64,000 nt of DNA from Eledone cirrhosa. Its lineage: Eukaryota. The translations under genes were made by a program, and so were the position numbers. The DNA is taken from NCBI GenBank assembly GCA_964016885.1, contig OZ024764.1, positions 26,040,001 to 26,104,000 of the forward strand, written 5' to 3'. Position 1 is the stretch's first letter, and every line of letters begins with the position of its first letter. The notes beneath the pieces are model-generated. The model saw only the letters and a program-made list of their open reading frames with translations, searched no databases and was not told the DNA's origin. Shown here piece after piece: positions 26,530 to 39,159 of the stretch.

Positions 26530-29500
26530 TATTATTACTTTTTTTTTTTTTTTTTTTTTTTTTCCCCAATTCAATGATGTTCCAGAACAATGTAAACGAG
26601 ATAATTGCCAATTTGGGTTCTGGAACAAAAAGGATCATTGGCAATAAGGGCAGGGGCCCCAAGTTATCACAACCTGGGCCCGCCCGTCATCGTGCCATTG
26701 TAATAGAGCCAAACAGGGCATTTAGTCTTGGCTGCTGGAACGTACGGACGCTGCTTGACAGGGATTCTTTGGAGCGTCCTGAACGAAGGACCGCTCTTGT
26801 TGCGAAGGAGCTTCGACGTTACGATCTTGACATCGTGGCTTTGTCTGAGACGAGGTTAGCTGGAGATGGTCATCTTACGGAATTTTGTGGAGAATATACA
26901 TTCTTCTGGAAAGGAAGAGATGAAGGAACCAGAAGAGAGGCTGGGGTAGGATTTGCTGTTAAGACTGTACTGGTGAATAAATTAGAAGAATTCCCAGTGG
27001 GGATTAGTGAGCGTCTTATGTCCATGAGAGTTCCGCTGGACAAGGGAAGATATGCTACCCTGGTGAGTGTGTATGCTCCAACTATGAATTCTGTCGATGA
27101 AGAAAAACTGTCCTTTTACCATGCCTTGAAAGGTGTTTTAAGAAATATCCCTCAGGCAGACAAAGTCATCGTGCTTGGTGACTTTAATGCTAGAGTGGGT
27201 AGGGATTTTAACACATGGAATGTAATCGGAAGGCATGGGGTGGGAAAGTGTAACAGCAATGGTATGCTCTTGCTGCAGATGTGTGAGGAGCTGGATCTGT
27301 GTGTTACCAACACCATGTTCCAACAAAAGAACAAATTCAAGACCACATGGATGCATCCTGCATCTAAGGAATGGCATCTTTTGGACTACGTCCTAGTCAG
27401 GATGCGTGACAGACAGGATGTGCGGTGTGTTCGTGTTCTTCGTGGAGCTGAGTGCTGGACGGACCACCGCCTGGTACGCGCAAAAGTGAATCTAATCACC
27501 AAACGTAAAATCCGGGCTCCTGGTGTTACCCTGCCCAAAAGATTGAATGCTGCTCGTCTTAAGGATAAAAATGTGAAGAGGACATTGGAAGAAGAGATGC
27601 AGGCTGCAGATCTTGGTGAGGATTGGCCGACCCTTAAAAAGTCGGTTTATGATGTAGGCAGACGTGTTCTGGGATTGGTGCAGAGAAAACATCAGGACTG
27701 GTTTAATGAGAAAGATGTGCATATAGATGACTTGTTGGCTGATAAGAGGCGCGCTCTGTCACGCTACTTGACGGCAAGACCACAGGAGAGGAATACGTTG
27801 CATGAGGAGCTCAGGGATGTGAAATCACGTGTTAGGCGGAGTCTTTCTCAGATGAAGGATCAGTGGTGGAGTGAGAAGGCTGGTGAGATACAAACTGCGT
27901 CTGATTGCAATAACACAAAGCTGTTGTACAGTCTCTTGCGTGAGGTTTATGGACCGTCTTCTTCTCTGGTGACACCGATTCGCAGCAGGGATGGCAAAGA
28001 ACTTCTTCGTGACTCACAGGGAATTCTACGAAGGTGGCGAGAGCACTTTGATGATCTTTTGAATCAGCCGTCTGTCGTCAGTGAAGATTTCCTCAATCTC
28101 ATTCCGGAAAGTCCTGTGAAAGTAGCTCTCGCAGAGCCTCCGACACTTGTGGAGGTTGCAGTGGCTATTTCGAAGCTGAACAGTGGAAGATCTCCAGGTA
28201 TGGATGGCATACATGCTGAGCTCCTACAATATGGTGGTGAGAGACTCCTGCAACATCTTCACTCTCTGTTTGGAGGGATATGGGCTAATGAATCCGTGCC
28301 TGAGGACTGGAGAGATGCAGTAATGGTGGTCTTGTACAAGGGAAAGGGTAACAGGAATGATTGTGGGAACTACAGAGGTATATCATTGCTTTCTGTCGTG
28401 GGGAAAGTTTTATGTAGGGTGCTTCTGGACCGTCTGCTGACACACATTGCAGATTGTGTCCTTCCTGAAAGTCAATCTGGTTTTCGTGTTGGACGCGGCA
28501 CTACTGATATGATCTTCTCAGCTAGACAGCTCCAGGAGAAGTGCATTGAACAGGGCTTGGATCTGTATCAGGTTTTTGTCGATCTGACAAAGGCTTTCGA
28601 TACTGTCAACAGAGATGCATTATGGAAGGTTCTCCAGAAACTTGGTTGCCCTGATAAGTTCCTTGCTTTAGTTAGGTCTTTCCATGACGACATGAAGGCT
28701 TGGGTTAATGTCGGAGGTAACATGTCGGAGCCTATCTCAGTAAAAAATGGAGTGAAACAGGGGGATATTCCAGCACCGACCCTGTTTGCCATATACTTTG
28801 CAATGGTTTTCTGTGTTGCATTCAGGAATTGCGAGCATGGTGTTTACATCCGATATCGAACCTCAGGCAGCATATTTAACATCAGGCGCTTTGCTGCGAA
28901 GACAAAAGTATTTACATCAGTCATAAGAGACCTCTTGTATGCAGATGATTGCGATCTTGTAGCGCACACAGAGAGTGATATGCAGCACATTTTGAATGTA
29001 TTTTCTGACGCTTGCACTGCCCTGGGTTTGACTGTCAGTCTCAAGAAAACCGTCGTCATGTACCAACCTGCACCTGGTAGGCAGTACACTGAACCAAACA
29101 TCTATGTGTATGGCAAACGACTTGGAGTGGTTGATCAGTTTGTCTACCTGGGAAGCACTGTCAATCGATACGGCAACCTTGACAGTGAAATCTCACTTAG
29201 GATTAGGAAAGCAAGTGATGCTTTCGGAAAGCTAGAAAGGCGACTCTGGGGTCGGCGAGACATATGCAGGAGGACAAAGGTAAAGGTGTACAGGGCATGT
29301 GTACTCTCTTGTCTTCTTTATGCCTGCGAGACCTGGGTCACATATCGACGCCACCTTAAGCAATTGGAGCGTTTCCATCAGATGTGTCTCAGACGGATAC
29401 ATGGCGTTCGCTGGAGGGACCACATCAGTGATGTCGAGATTTTGGAAAGCTCTATGTGTGACAGTATAGAAGCTCTTGTGCTTAAGCAGCGACTCCGTTG

Positions 29501-30224
29501 GAGTGGTCACCTTGCCAGGATGAAGGATTCTAGAATACCAAAACAACTCTTCTATGGAGAGTTGGTTAAAGGAAAACGACCGCCACATAAACCAAAAAAG
29601 AGGTATAAGGATTCCTTGAAGGCCTCTCTGAAAGACGCTAACATCTCTGCTGATACATGGGAAAATATTGCTGCTGATCGTAATAAATGGAGAAAGACTG
29701 TATATGAGGGAAAAGTTGCCTTTGAGGCATCTCGAATCGCACACGAGAAAGTAAAGCGGGACGTGAGGAAGGGTATTGCTGTTGCACTTCCAGACGGCGA
29801 GGGTCCTCCTATGTTTCTGACATGCAGCGTCTGTGCGAGACTCTGCCTAAGCAAAGCTGGACTCGAAAGTCATCTTCGCAGTCATAAAGTAAGACCAGTG
29901 GTTTACTACCAGGCTGCTGTTGGAGATGCTACTCATCATGCTTGCCAAACATGTGGTAGAGAATGTAAATCAGCAGGAGGACTCAAGCGACATGCAAAAG
30001 TACACGAACTCCAACCACAGCCGACTATTCCCAGTAAATGTTTTGGTTGCCGACTCTGTGCAAGACATTTTGGATCATTGGCTGGGCTAAAAAGCCACAT
30101 TCGATCGCAGCACTGTTAGTTGCTATCGTGTGTGTGTGTAGATATGCTTATGTGCGTGCGTGTGTGTGTATATATATATGAATATGTATATTATTATTGT
30201 TGTTGTCGTTATTATTATTATTGC

Positions 30225-30270
<46 letters not shown>

Positions 30271-30341
30271 TTTTTTATTTTTATTTATTTTTTTTTTTTT
30301 ATTGTGCAATGGCCATACTCGATAACGAGGGGGCAGCCATC

Positions 30342-30343
<2 letters not shown>
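26192..30343 (+). mobile_element. Near full-length RTE retrotransposon with conserved 5' UTR blocks and 3' terminal stem-loop
   Basis: 5' UTR motif TCTAGGAGAAGG...GATATAAAACCTGC; 3' end TGGCCATACTCGATAACGAGGGGGCAGCCATCAT then TA repeat; 5' boundary approximate. Confidence 0.88.
26574..30119 (+). CDS. Intact RTE-clade LINE ORF: APE endonuclease + reverse transcriptase + three C-terminal C2H2 zinc fingers
   Basis: WNVRTL, LSETRL, LGDFNARVG, TDHRLV (APE); FVDLTKAFDTV, GVKQGD, LYADD, YLGS (RT); CSVC..HLRSH, CQTC..HAKVH, CRLC..HIRSQH; 1181 aa uninterrupted. Confidence 0.96.
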   Translation: MMFQNNVNEIIANLGSGTKRIIGNKGRGPKLSQPGPARHRAIVIEPNRAFSLGCWNVRTLLDRDSLERPERRTALVAKELRRYDLDIVALSETRLAGDGHLTEFCGEYTFFWKGRDEGTRREAGVGFAVKTVLVNKLEEFPVGISERLMSMRVPLDKGRYATLVSVYAPTMNSVDEEKLSFYHALKGVLRNIPQADKVIVLGDFNARVGRDFNTWNVIGRHGVGKCNSNGMLLLQMCEELDLCVTNTMFQQKNKFKTTWMHPASKEWHLLDYVLVRMRDRQDVRCVRVLRGAECWTDHRLVRAKVNLITKRKIRAPGVTLPKRLNAARLKDKNVKRTLEEEMQAADLGEDWPTLKKSVYDVGRRVLGLVQRKHQDWFNEKDVHIDDLLADKRRALSRYLTARPQERNTLHEELRDVKSRVRRSLSQMKDQWWSEKAGEIQTASDCNNTKLLYSLLREVYGPSSSLVTPIRSRDGKELLRDSQGILRRWREHFDDLLNQPSVVSEDFLNLIPESPVKVALAEPPTLVEVAVAISKLNSGRSPGMDGIHAELLQYGGERLLQHLHSLFGGIWANESVPEDWRDAVMVVLYKGKGNRNDCGNYRGISLLSVVGKVLCRVLLDRLLTHIADCVLPESQSGFRVGRGTTDMIFSARQLQEKCIEQGLDLYQVFVDLTKAFDTVNRDALWKVLQKLGCPDKFLALVRSFHDDMKAWVNVGGNMSEPISVKNGVKQGDIPAPTLFAIYFAMVFCVAFRNCEHGVYIRYRTSGSIFNIRRFAAKTKVFTSVIRDLLYADDCDLVAHTESDMQHILNVFSDACTALGLTVSLKKTVVMYQPAPGRQYTEPNIYVYGKRLGVVDQFVYLGSTVNRYGNLDSEISLRIRKASDAFGKLERRLWGRRDICRRTKVKVYRACVLSCLLYACETWVTYRRHLKQLERFHQMCLRRIHGVRWRDHISDVEILESSMCDSIEALVLKQRLRWSGHLARMKDSRIPKQLFYGELVKGKRPPHKPKKRYKDSLKASLKDANISADTWENIAADRNKWRKTVYEGKVAFEASRIAHEKVKRDVRKGIAVALPDGEGPPMFLTCSVCARLCLSKAGLESHLRSHKVRPVVYYQAAVGDATHHACQTCGRECKSAGGLKRHAKVHELQPQPTIPSKCFGCRLCARHFGSLAGLKSHIRSQHC

Positions 30344-31279
<936 letters not shown>

Positions 31280-31354
31280 ACTCTTTTACTCTTTTACCTG
31301 TTTCAGCCATACGGCTGAGGCCATGCTGGGGCACCGCCCTTGTTGCTACACATT

Positions 31355-34327
31355 TTATCTCCAGCCTGTATAGGTTGGCCACTGGTGTAGGAGGGAGTTT
31401 GTTGCTGCTGCCCTTAGGTTTCCCTCGTGTCTTGCTGTGGGCTCATCCGGGATCCTGGATAACAAGGTGTCGAGATGTTTCTTAAAGACATCCACCTCCA
31501 CGTCATGTAAGTCTCGCAGATGCCTCGGCAGCCTGTTGAAGAGTTGAGGGCCCTTGAATCCCAGGCTATTGCAATACCTGCTCCTTATTCTAGATGTGGA
31601 AGACGGGACCTTTGGCACCACACAGTGACGTCCTGTTCGACGGTTGGTCCAGCTCCCAATGCCAAAGTTTGGTGCTAGTCCCTCCAGGATTTTCCACATG
31701 TAGATCACTGCGTATCTCTCCCGTCTTCGCTCCAAGGAGTAGAGGTTCAGTTCCTTCAGCCTCTCCCAGTAGCTTGTCTCCCTCATCTTGGCAATCGTCT
31801 TGGTGTAGCTTCGCTGGATTGCCTCAAGCTCTGTGGTTAGTTTGACACTATGGGGTGACCACAGCTGGGAGCAGTAGTCCAGGCGGCTTAGGACAAAAGT
31901 CCTCCACAGTGTCAACATGGTGTCTCGATCTCTTGTAAGGAAAGTCCTCAAGATCCAGCCAGCGAATCGTCTACATGCTGTCGCCACCTTCATGATGTGT
32001 GAAGAAAAAGATGCATCATCGCTCATGTCTATGCCCAGGTCTCGTATCGATTTTGACACGGGGATATCGGTCCCTCCTGGTCCTGTGTAGCTGTGTTCCG
32101 CTATATTTGTGTTTGTGTTTGCAGGTTTGTATTGTAGGGCTTGGAATTTGCCAGCATTAAACTGCATGTTGTTTTCTTCCGCCCATCTGTATATGGCATC
32201 CAGATCCTGCTGTAAGAGGGCAGCGTCAGCCGGGCTTTTGATTGCCTGTGCTACCTTAGTGTCATCAGCATAGCTAGTGAGGGATGTTGTTGCATGCACC
32301 ACAGAGGGCATGTCCGAGAGAGCCACCAAAAACAGTAGTGGTCCCAGGACTGTCCCCTGAGGCACCCCACTTGTTATCGGTGTTTCCATCGAGAGGGCCC
32401 CATTTGCTGCGACTGCCTGGCTTCTGTCCCTTAAGAAGCCATGCAGCCACTCACCTACTTTTCCAGTTATGCCGAGTCCGTGTAGTTTGTGACATATCAT
32501 TCCGTGGTCGACCTTGTCAAAGGCCTTCGCAAAGTCAAGATATATCACGTCTACATGTGAGCTGTCTAGTAGTTGTCTCAGTACCCAGTCGTAGTGATGT
32601 AGCAGCTGTGTAAGGCAGCTTCTTCCTGGGCGGAAGCCATGTTGCGTGCTAGTCAGGCGGTTATTTTCTTCGAGGAAAGTGATTAGTTTCTTTCTGACGA
32701 CTCGCTCCATGACCTTACTGATATGCGACGTCAGGGAGACTGGCCTATAGTTCTTGGCCTCCGCTCTAGTACCTCCTTTATGGATAGGGCATATTGTGCC
32801 TTCTTTCAGCTCCCTGGGTAGTACACCGCTAGCCAAGGAGCTTCTGAAGAGCATCTTCAGTGGAGTTGCTAAGGCCCGCTTACATATTTTTAGGAGAACT
32901 GCTGGGAATCCATCAGGTCCAGCAGCCGAGTCTGTTCTAATTTCATCAATGGCGTACACCACATCCTCCTCCGTTATGTCTATGTGGTTGATGGTTGCCA
33001 TTTCTTGATGTAGTGTTGTGGCATCAAAGAACTCCTCTGGCTTCGTTATTTGCATGTGCCTCAGTGGACATGTGAAGACACTTTTGTACTGTTCGTTCAG
33101 TATATCACATATCTCTTGGGGATTTTCGGTTAATGAACCGTCCGTGTGGAAGAGTGGTCCAATCTTGCAGTGTACTGAGGGAGTTTCTTTTGCAAATTTA
33201 AAGAAGGCCTTAGGGTTTGTTTTAATGTTTTCTATGGCCCTGTTCTCTTTCCTTGCCCTCTCATTCTCATGTGAAAGCTTGAGTGCAATCTCGGTGTCAA
33301 GTAGTGCACGTTTCAAATAGGATTCCTTCTTGTTTTGGTTTTGTTGACTATTCAACTGGTTTGAGAGTTTAGTTCTACGTCTCATAAGGATTTTCCTATC
33401 TCTGGGAATAAGATTTTTGTGTCTGTTTGCCTCTTTCTCCGGGACACACTTTTTGCATATGGTGTGTATCGTTGTCATGAAGTGTTGAAATTGTGTGTTA
33501 GTGTCTTGTGTGGCGATGTTTGCACTCCATGTTTGCTTCCGGATTTCACTCTTAATCTTCTTCCAGTCAGCCCCGTAGAAGTTAAGGCTGGATAGCGTCC
33601 CGGAGCTTCTTGGTGGTTTTGTCTCTGTTGGTTCTCTTGGACCACATATCATTAGCTCTACCAAGTTATGATCCGAGAGAATTGTTGGTGTCACCTTTAC
33701 ATTGTGGATGAGCACTTCGTTGTTTGTAAAACAGAGGTCCAGGACATTTTCGCCTCTTGTTGGGAGGAGTATTGCTTGCTCCATGAACAGCCTGTGTGTG
33801 AGGGCCAGCAGGGATTCCGTCTGTCTCTGTTCTATTGACGTCATTCCAGGGAGGAGGTGGCCCTCAGGCCATTTGACCTTTGGTAGGTTGAAGTCTCCCA
33901 GCAGTAGGATGTTGAGACCCTGGTCCAGTTTGTCAAGGACCTCTTCTATCCTACTTAGGCTATCCTCAAATTTACCCTCATGACTGGGGGCATCGGGCGG
34001 CCGATATGTGACACATATTACCGTCTGTAGTTGCTTCATATGTATTATCAGTGTGTCACAGACTGAGTTTGAATGTGTCAACAGTACAATTGGTGTGACA
34101 TCTTCACGGATATACAGAGCAACCCCACCATGAGTTCTCTCCTTCCTGTCCGAACGAAATACAGTATATTTCGGTATATGTATTTCTGCATCTGCTATAC
34201 TGCTTGTCAGGTGCGTTTCGGTTAGTGCCATGCATAGTGCTTGATTGCTTATGGCTAAGTCTCCCAGGTAGGAAATTTTACTCATGTTGCTGAGTTTCAC
34301 CAGGCCCCTGACATTCAGCAGCAGCAC
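31355..34327 (-). CDS. Intact CR1-group LINE ORF2 (APE endonuclease + RT)
   Basis: LNVRGL, ALTETHL, YRPP, LGDFNLP, SDHNLV; [36 protein letters not shown]; 990 aa; true start uncertain. Confidence 0.95.
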   Translation of the reverse strand: MLLLNVRGLVKLSNMSKISYLGDLAISNQALCMALTETHLTSSIADAEIHIPKYTVFRSDRKERTHGGVALYIREDVTPIVLLTHSNSVCDTLIIHMKQLQTVICVTYRPPDAPSHEGKFEDSLSRIEEVLDKLDQGLNILLLGDFNLPKVKWPEGHLLPGMTSIEQRQTESLLALTHRLFMEQAILLPTRGENVLDLCFTNNEVLIHNVKVTPTILSDHNLVELMICGPREPTETKPPRSSGTLSSLNFYGADWKKIKSEIRKQTWSANIATQDTNTQFQHFMTTIHTICKKCVPEKEANRHKNLIPRDRKILMRRRTKLSNQLNSQQNQNKKESYLKRALLDTEIALKLSHENERARKENRAIENIKTNPKAFFKFAKETPSVHCKIGPLFHTDGSLTENPQEICDILNEQYKSVFTCPLRHMQITKPEEFFDATTLHQEMATINHIDITEEDVVYAIDEIRTDSAAGPDGFPAVLLKICKRALATPLKMLFRSSLASGVLPRELKEGTICPIHKGGTRAEAKNYRPVSLTSHISKVMERVVRKKLITFLEENNRLTSTQHGFRPGRSCLTQLLHHYDWVLRQLLDSSHVDVIYLDFAKAFDKVDHGMICHKLHGLGITGKVGEWLHGFLRDRSQAVAANGALSMETPITSGVPQGTVLGPLLFLVALSDMPSVVHATTSLTSYADDTKVAQAIKSPADAALLQQDLDAIYRWAEENNMQFNAGKFQALQYKPANTNTNIAEHSYTGPGGTDIPVSKSIRDLGIDMSDDASFSSHIMKVATACRRFAGWILRTFLTRDRDTMLTLWRTFVLSRLDYCSQLWSPHSVKLTTELEAIQRSYTKTIAKMRETSYWERLKELNLYSLERRRERYAVIYMWKILEGLAPNFGIGSWTNRRTGRHCVVPKVPSSTSRIRSRYCNSLGFKGPQLFNRLPRHLRDLHDVEVDVFKKHLDTLLSRIPDEPTARHEGNLRAAATNSLLHQWPTYTGWR

Positions 34328-35078
34328 TGGTGTGACTTTTGGGTGCCAGTAATGGCTGTCGGTATGACACCTGGTCTGGTGTCAGCGGCGGCCACTCTGG
34401 GTCCCTTAACTGCGGTGGTCTCGAGTGCTGGTGTGGATGACCCTGGCTCTGGAGACGATGCAGCCAGGTCAGCTGTCCCACAATCTTCTCTGCCATCACT
34501 AAAAAATTTTTCTGATCTGCTGCTGCCATCTGTATCTCGTCGGCATGTGCGTGCCTTCTCCTTGTTGGTGCAGCACGCGCGACATCAGCATACTTCTGGA
34601 GCGGCTTATTTCGGCTTTGGCTGAGGCATGTTGCGCGAGTATGATGGGCATAGTTCGTTTGAGACCTAGGGTGGGCGAATCTGCATCCCATCCCTGTCTC
34701 TCCATGCCAGCATGTCCCGTTCTTGAAAAACTTGCACATTACTTGGGGTTTTTTGCTCCCAGTGTCTCGGTGCTTTCTGTTCTTTCTTTGAACAGTTGTC
34801 CACTGGTCCCTCTGCGCTTGGTTCTCCTTCGGAAGGTGATTTCGCTTTTCACCTTTGCCCTTAGCTTGTTGGTTGCCCGGCCTGCCCTCCCTGCCTGTAG
34901 CGGAGGGTATATCATTTTCTTTCAGGTCCGTGCTTGTGCTCTCCTCCTTTTCTTTTTCCCCTTCCTTTTCCTCCTCCTTCTCCCTCTCCTTCTCCTCATC
35001 CCTCCCTTCGGTTTTCTCCTCCCTGAGGACACGGCTTAGCATCGCCATATGAGGCGCTATGAGGACATACGCCTTCTC
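34278..35078 (-). CDS. CR1-group ORF1, 5'-truncated, with acidic/charged tract and CCCH zinc finger
   Basis: CKFFKNGTCWHGETGMGCRFAHP CCCH motif; overlaps ORF2 start in another frame; N-terminus fused to foreign RTE sequence. Confidence 0.8.
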   Translation of the reverse strand, partial: EKAYVLIAPHMAMLSRVLREEKTEGRDEEKEREKEEEKEGEKEKEESTSTDLKENDIPSATGREGRPGNQQAKGKGEKRNHLPKENQAQRDQWTTVQRKNRKHRDTGSKKPQVMCKFFKNGTCWHGETGMGCRFAHPRSQTNYAHHTRATCLSQSRNKPLQKYADVARAAPTRRRHAHADEIQMAAADQKNFLVMAEKIVGQLTWLHRLQSQGHPHQHSRPPQLRDPEWPPLTPDQVSYRQPLLAPKSHTSAAAECQGPGETQQHE

Positions 35079-35615
35079 AATTTCTTCTACTGCATACATA
35101 TTTCTCCCTACCTGTTAGTTTGCCTGCTATCCCGCTACATCTCTTGTGTACCCAGGACCTGCATTGTGTGCATTTTATAGAATTTATGCCAGTTCCTTTT
35201 CTGCATATCGAACATGGCCATTTCCCTGACGGAATCAGGGTTTTGTCCTCTTTTCTACTCATCAACACTTTTGTCTTAGCTAGATTTACTCTCAGTCCTC
35301 TTGCTTCCAACTGCTGTTTCCATAGCCGGAATTTATTCTCTAGCTCCTCTACTGATTCTGCTATAAAAGCCAGATCGTCAGCATAGAGAAGTTCCCATGG
35401 ACAGCCAGTCTTAAACTCCTCTGTTATGGCTTGGAGGACTATAATGAACAAGAGTGGGCTGAGGACCGAACCCTGATGTACTCCTACTTGTATCTGGAAT
35501 TCCTCACTAAACTCCATTCCTACCCTGACTTTACTGAGAGTACCTCTGTCAAAGTTTGCACTGTCCTCACAAGCCATTCCTCAACACCTAGCTTCCTTAG
35601 GGACCACCAGATGAC
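35079..35615 (-). mobile_element. RTE RT fragment (PHD-bearing type) joined directly to the CR1 ORF1
   Basis: [29 protein letters not shown]...CTQC..WVHKRC. Confidence 0.88.
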
Positions 35616-36249
35616 AGATATATATATATATATATATTGGAACATGTGTGAGATCCTTGGTACTGTTAGGTTTATTTGAAGAAAAGGAAAAGAATGACTT
35701 CACATGTAGTGTTAAAAAATATTTGATTTAATTTTATAATATTATAATAATATGAGTTGGTTCTTTGTTAACTTCGGTGGGAAGAAGAATTTTATAGATT
35801 CCTGGTTAACTTGGGTGTATATATATATACACACACATACATATATATGTATATATATATATACACATATATATATATATCTTATACACACATACACACT
35901 AAACATACATATATATTATACATATCTTGTACATACACATATATATATATATATATATATCACATACACACATACATATATTTTATATGCATACATATAT
36001 ATATATATAAACTCCTATACATACATATACATATATTTCATACACATACATATATATACACACCACATATACACATATCTATTTTCTACATACATATATA
36101 TATATATATCGTATACACACACCATATATATTTTTTTTACACATAAACCATACATACATTTTATATATACACTATATATATCCTATACATATATATAGAC
36201 ACATATATTGTCTACATACATATATATATATATCCTATACACACATATA

Positions 36250-37195
36250 TCATCATCATCATCAACATTTAACGTAGATCTTCCATGCTAGCATGGGTTA
36301 GATGGTAATTGTCCCACTTGAGGCAAGATTGATCAGGTGACCGTGTCTTGCTCATATAGGACATCGGGAAGGTGGGTCTTCTGTATTACTGTGTGGTGCC
36401 AAAATCTCGATCCAGTGACATTGTCTTAGAGAGGTCTAAATATGCAAGGTCAGATCATGTCGTCCCAGGTTTTTCTTGGGCTACCTACTCCGTAACTTCT
36501 ATCAATTTTGATCGCCCTGCACTTTGTTATACAGCTGTCATCTTTCATGTGCATCACATCACCATACCAACGTAGTCTTCTCTCAAGTAAACAGCATCTG
36601 ATTCCTCTAATCCTAATTTCTCACTTAGTTTGTTTATGTTTTACTGTACATGTATATTACTATTACACTTCCAACGGAGCATGCATGCTTCGTTCCTTTC
36701 CAATCTGAGCATGTCCTCTGCACACAATACCCATGTCTCTATAGAACCATCTACATTCTTAGATAGCTTGCCTGTGATCCCACTACATCTTTTATGTACC
36801 CATAGTTTGCATTTGGGGCATAGAATGGAATTTCTACCTACTCCTTTCCTACACACTGAGCATGGTCATTTCCCTGTGGGCACCTGTGCCCTATTTTCCT
36901 TTCTACGTACCAGAACTTTAGTCTTAGATAAGTTATCTTTAAGGTCTTTTGATTCTAGGCCATGCTTCCATGTTTGGAATTTGTTCTCTAGTTCAGCCAT
37001 AGATTCAGCTATGAGAGTTAGATAATTTGCATATAGAAGTTCCCATGGGCAGCCAGTCTTAAACCCCTCTGCTATAGCCTGAAGGGGAATAACAAACAGG
37101 AGGGGGCTAAGGACGGAGCTTTGATGAACACTTACTTTTATGCTAAATTCTTCAGTTAATATTTATTGTTAATTTTAACCTTGCTGACTGTTCCT
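36250..37195 (-). mobile_element. Older, internally deleted RTE copy of a related family
   Basis: [46 protein letters not shown]; (CAT)n tail. Confidence 0.85.
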
Positions 37196-37202
37196 TTATG
37201 GT

Positions 37203-37292
37203 CTGAGTTCAAATCCCATCGGGGTTAGCTTTGCCTTTCATCCTTACATGGTCGATAAAATAAAGTACCAGTAATGCACTGGGGTAATTGCT
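37203..37292 (+). mobile_element. SINE fragment with MetaSINE-like central domain
   Basis: GAGTTCAAATCCC...GCCTTTCATCCTT..GGTCGATAAAATAAAGTACCAGT. Confidence 0.7.
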
Positions 37293-37729
37293 GGACATGT
37301 GCCCAAAGTAGAAACAATTATTAAAAAGTGTGAGATAGTAAATAATAACATAGAAAGGTATATATATATATATATTGATTTGGTCTGTAAGAAGACAGTA
37401 GCTTTTATTAAATATTGGTGTTGGTCTATAACAATCCATCCAACCTATCCAGCACAGAAATACACATGTATGATGGTGATGATGATAATATCAGTTTTAT
37501 ATTCATAATTTCTTTTTTTGCTGTTTACAACTTATTTTTGAGACTTTACTTACATTTATGTAAAAATAAAAATGTTTTTATCAATAATATTCCATTATTT
37601 CAGATTCCCAATTACCAGTTTCTAATACAAAACCAATGAAATCGACAAAAGTGATTATAAAATACGTAAGTTAAATGTACTATTTTATTAGGTCCATACA
37701 ATATTATATATACTGTATATACTCATATA

Positions 37730-38920
37730 TTTTGTTGACCTTGAGAAGGCATATGACTACGTTCCTTGGCCACCTGCTGTGGTAGGCTGTACAGGAGTAT
37801 GTGATTGATAGTCAACTTCTTGCTGCCCTGATGTCTCTATATGAATGCCTGAGTATCTATGTTGGGATAAATGGTGTTAAATAGAAACCATTCAATGTGG
37901 GAGTTGGACTCCACCAAGGGTGTATACTGTCAACTCTTCTGTTTGTTATTTACATGAACAGGATTGATATACGCAGCTGGGTTGGAAGTGGTATCATGTC
38001 TGGCGGCTGTGAAATCACTTGACTGGAATTTGATGATGACATGGTGTTATCTAACTCGACAGAAGATGATATTTGACTTGCACTTGATAGGTTTGTTGCC
38101 GAGTGCCGCATGGCTGGAATGAAAATCAGTACTGTGAAAACTGAGACACTTGTCCTCTCATGGAAGCCAGTGCAGTGTACTCTACATGTGAATGGAGTTC
38201 CACTGAAGCAGGTAGAGAAGTTCAAGTATCTTGGGGCCATGTTCACGAGTGATGGTAGGCAGGAGGCTGAATTAAGTGTAAGAATTACAAAGGCTGGTAC
38301 AGTAATATGCCAGCTTCATTAATCAGAAGGTAGGAAGAAGTAAAAGCCAAACTCACTGTTTCAATTCGACATTCATGCCAACCCTTACCTAGGGTCATGA
38401 ATCTTGGATAATGACCCAAAAAATACAATCGTGAATGGGGTTCCTCCGAAGCGTCTTTGTAGTATTGTTACTCGATAGAGTGTGTAGCTCAGAGATCAGA
38501 AAGTCACTCCGAGTAGAGCTGCTACTTCTCTGAATTGAGAGATCACAGCTCCGATACTATAGGCATGGGGCTAGAATGGGATACTTCCGAAGGGTCTTTT
38601 GAATAACGTTACTCGATAAAGTGCATAGCTTAGAGATCAGTCATTGCAGGTAGAGCAACTACTTCTCTGAATTGAGAGATGACAGCGCCAATACTCTGGG
38701 CATGAGGTTAGAATGTCTCAGGAAAGAATCGCTGGACAGATGTTATGGGTAAAACAACCAGCAAAAGACCCAGGGGTAGATCCCGAACAAGACGTGCTTG
38801 GGCATGCAGCTGGATCAGTTGGAGATGATTGCTTCTGACAGGACCCACTGGAAGGAGAGTTTGAGGACTCTACACCCTGACCCTATCAGGAATAAGTTGG
38901 CAAAGAAGAAAACAGATGAA
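37730..38920 (+). mobile_element. Decayed RTE-clade LINE (RT and 3' region)
   Basis: FVDLEKAYD, VGLHQGCILS, FDDDMVL, QVEKFKYLG, with stops. Confidence 0.78.
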
Positions 38921-39159
38921 ATGGTAAAAAAGCATTACGTAATGGAGTTGTGTAACAAAAACTATATTCTAAAAGACACTTAAAACATTTTAAAGATTAA
39001 AATACTAAAACTTCATAAATATATTTTATACTCATGAGAATTTCAAAGCCACACCACCTAAACTTGTGTTGATTAGCTGCCTTGGCTTACAAATGGGGTT
39101 TATAATATATATATTCTTCTTTGCTGATATATTCCTGGGAGGAGGGCAGTGGGGGAATA

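Larger units (their letters stand above)
31280..35078 (-). mobile_element. CR1-group LINE with 3' tail GGCGGTGCCCCAGCATGGCC...GAAACAGG(TAAAAGAG)2
   Basis: Two ORFs plus short structured 3' UTR and tandem tail abutting TA repeat. Confidence 0.9.
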
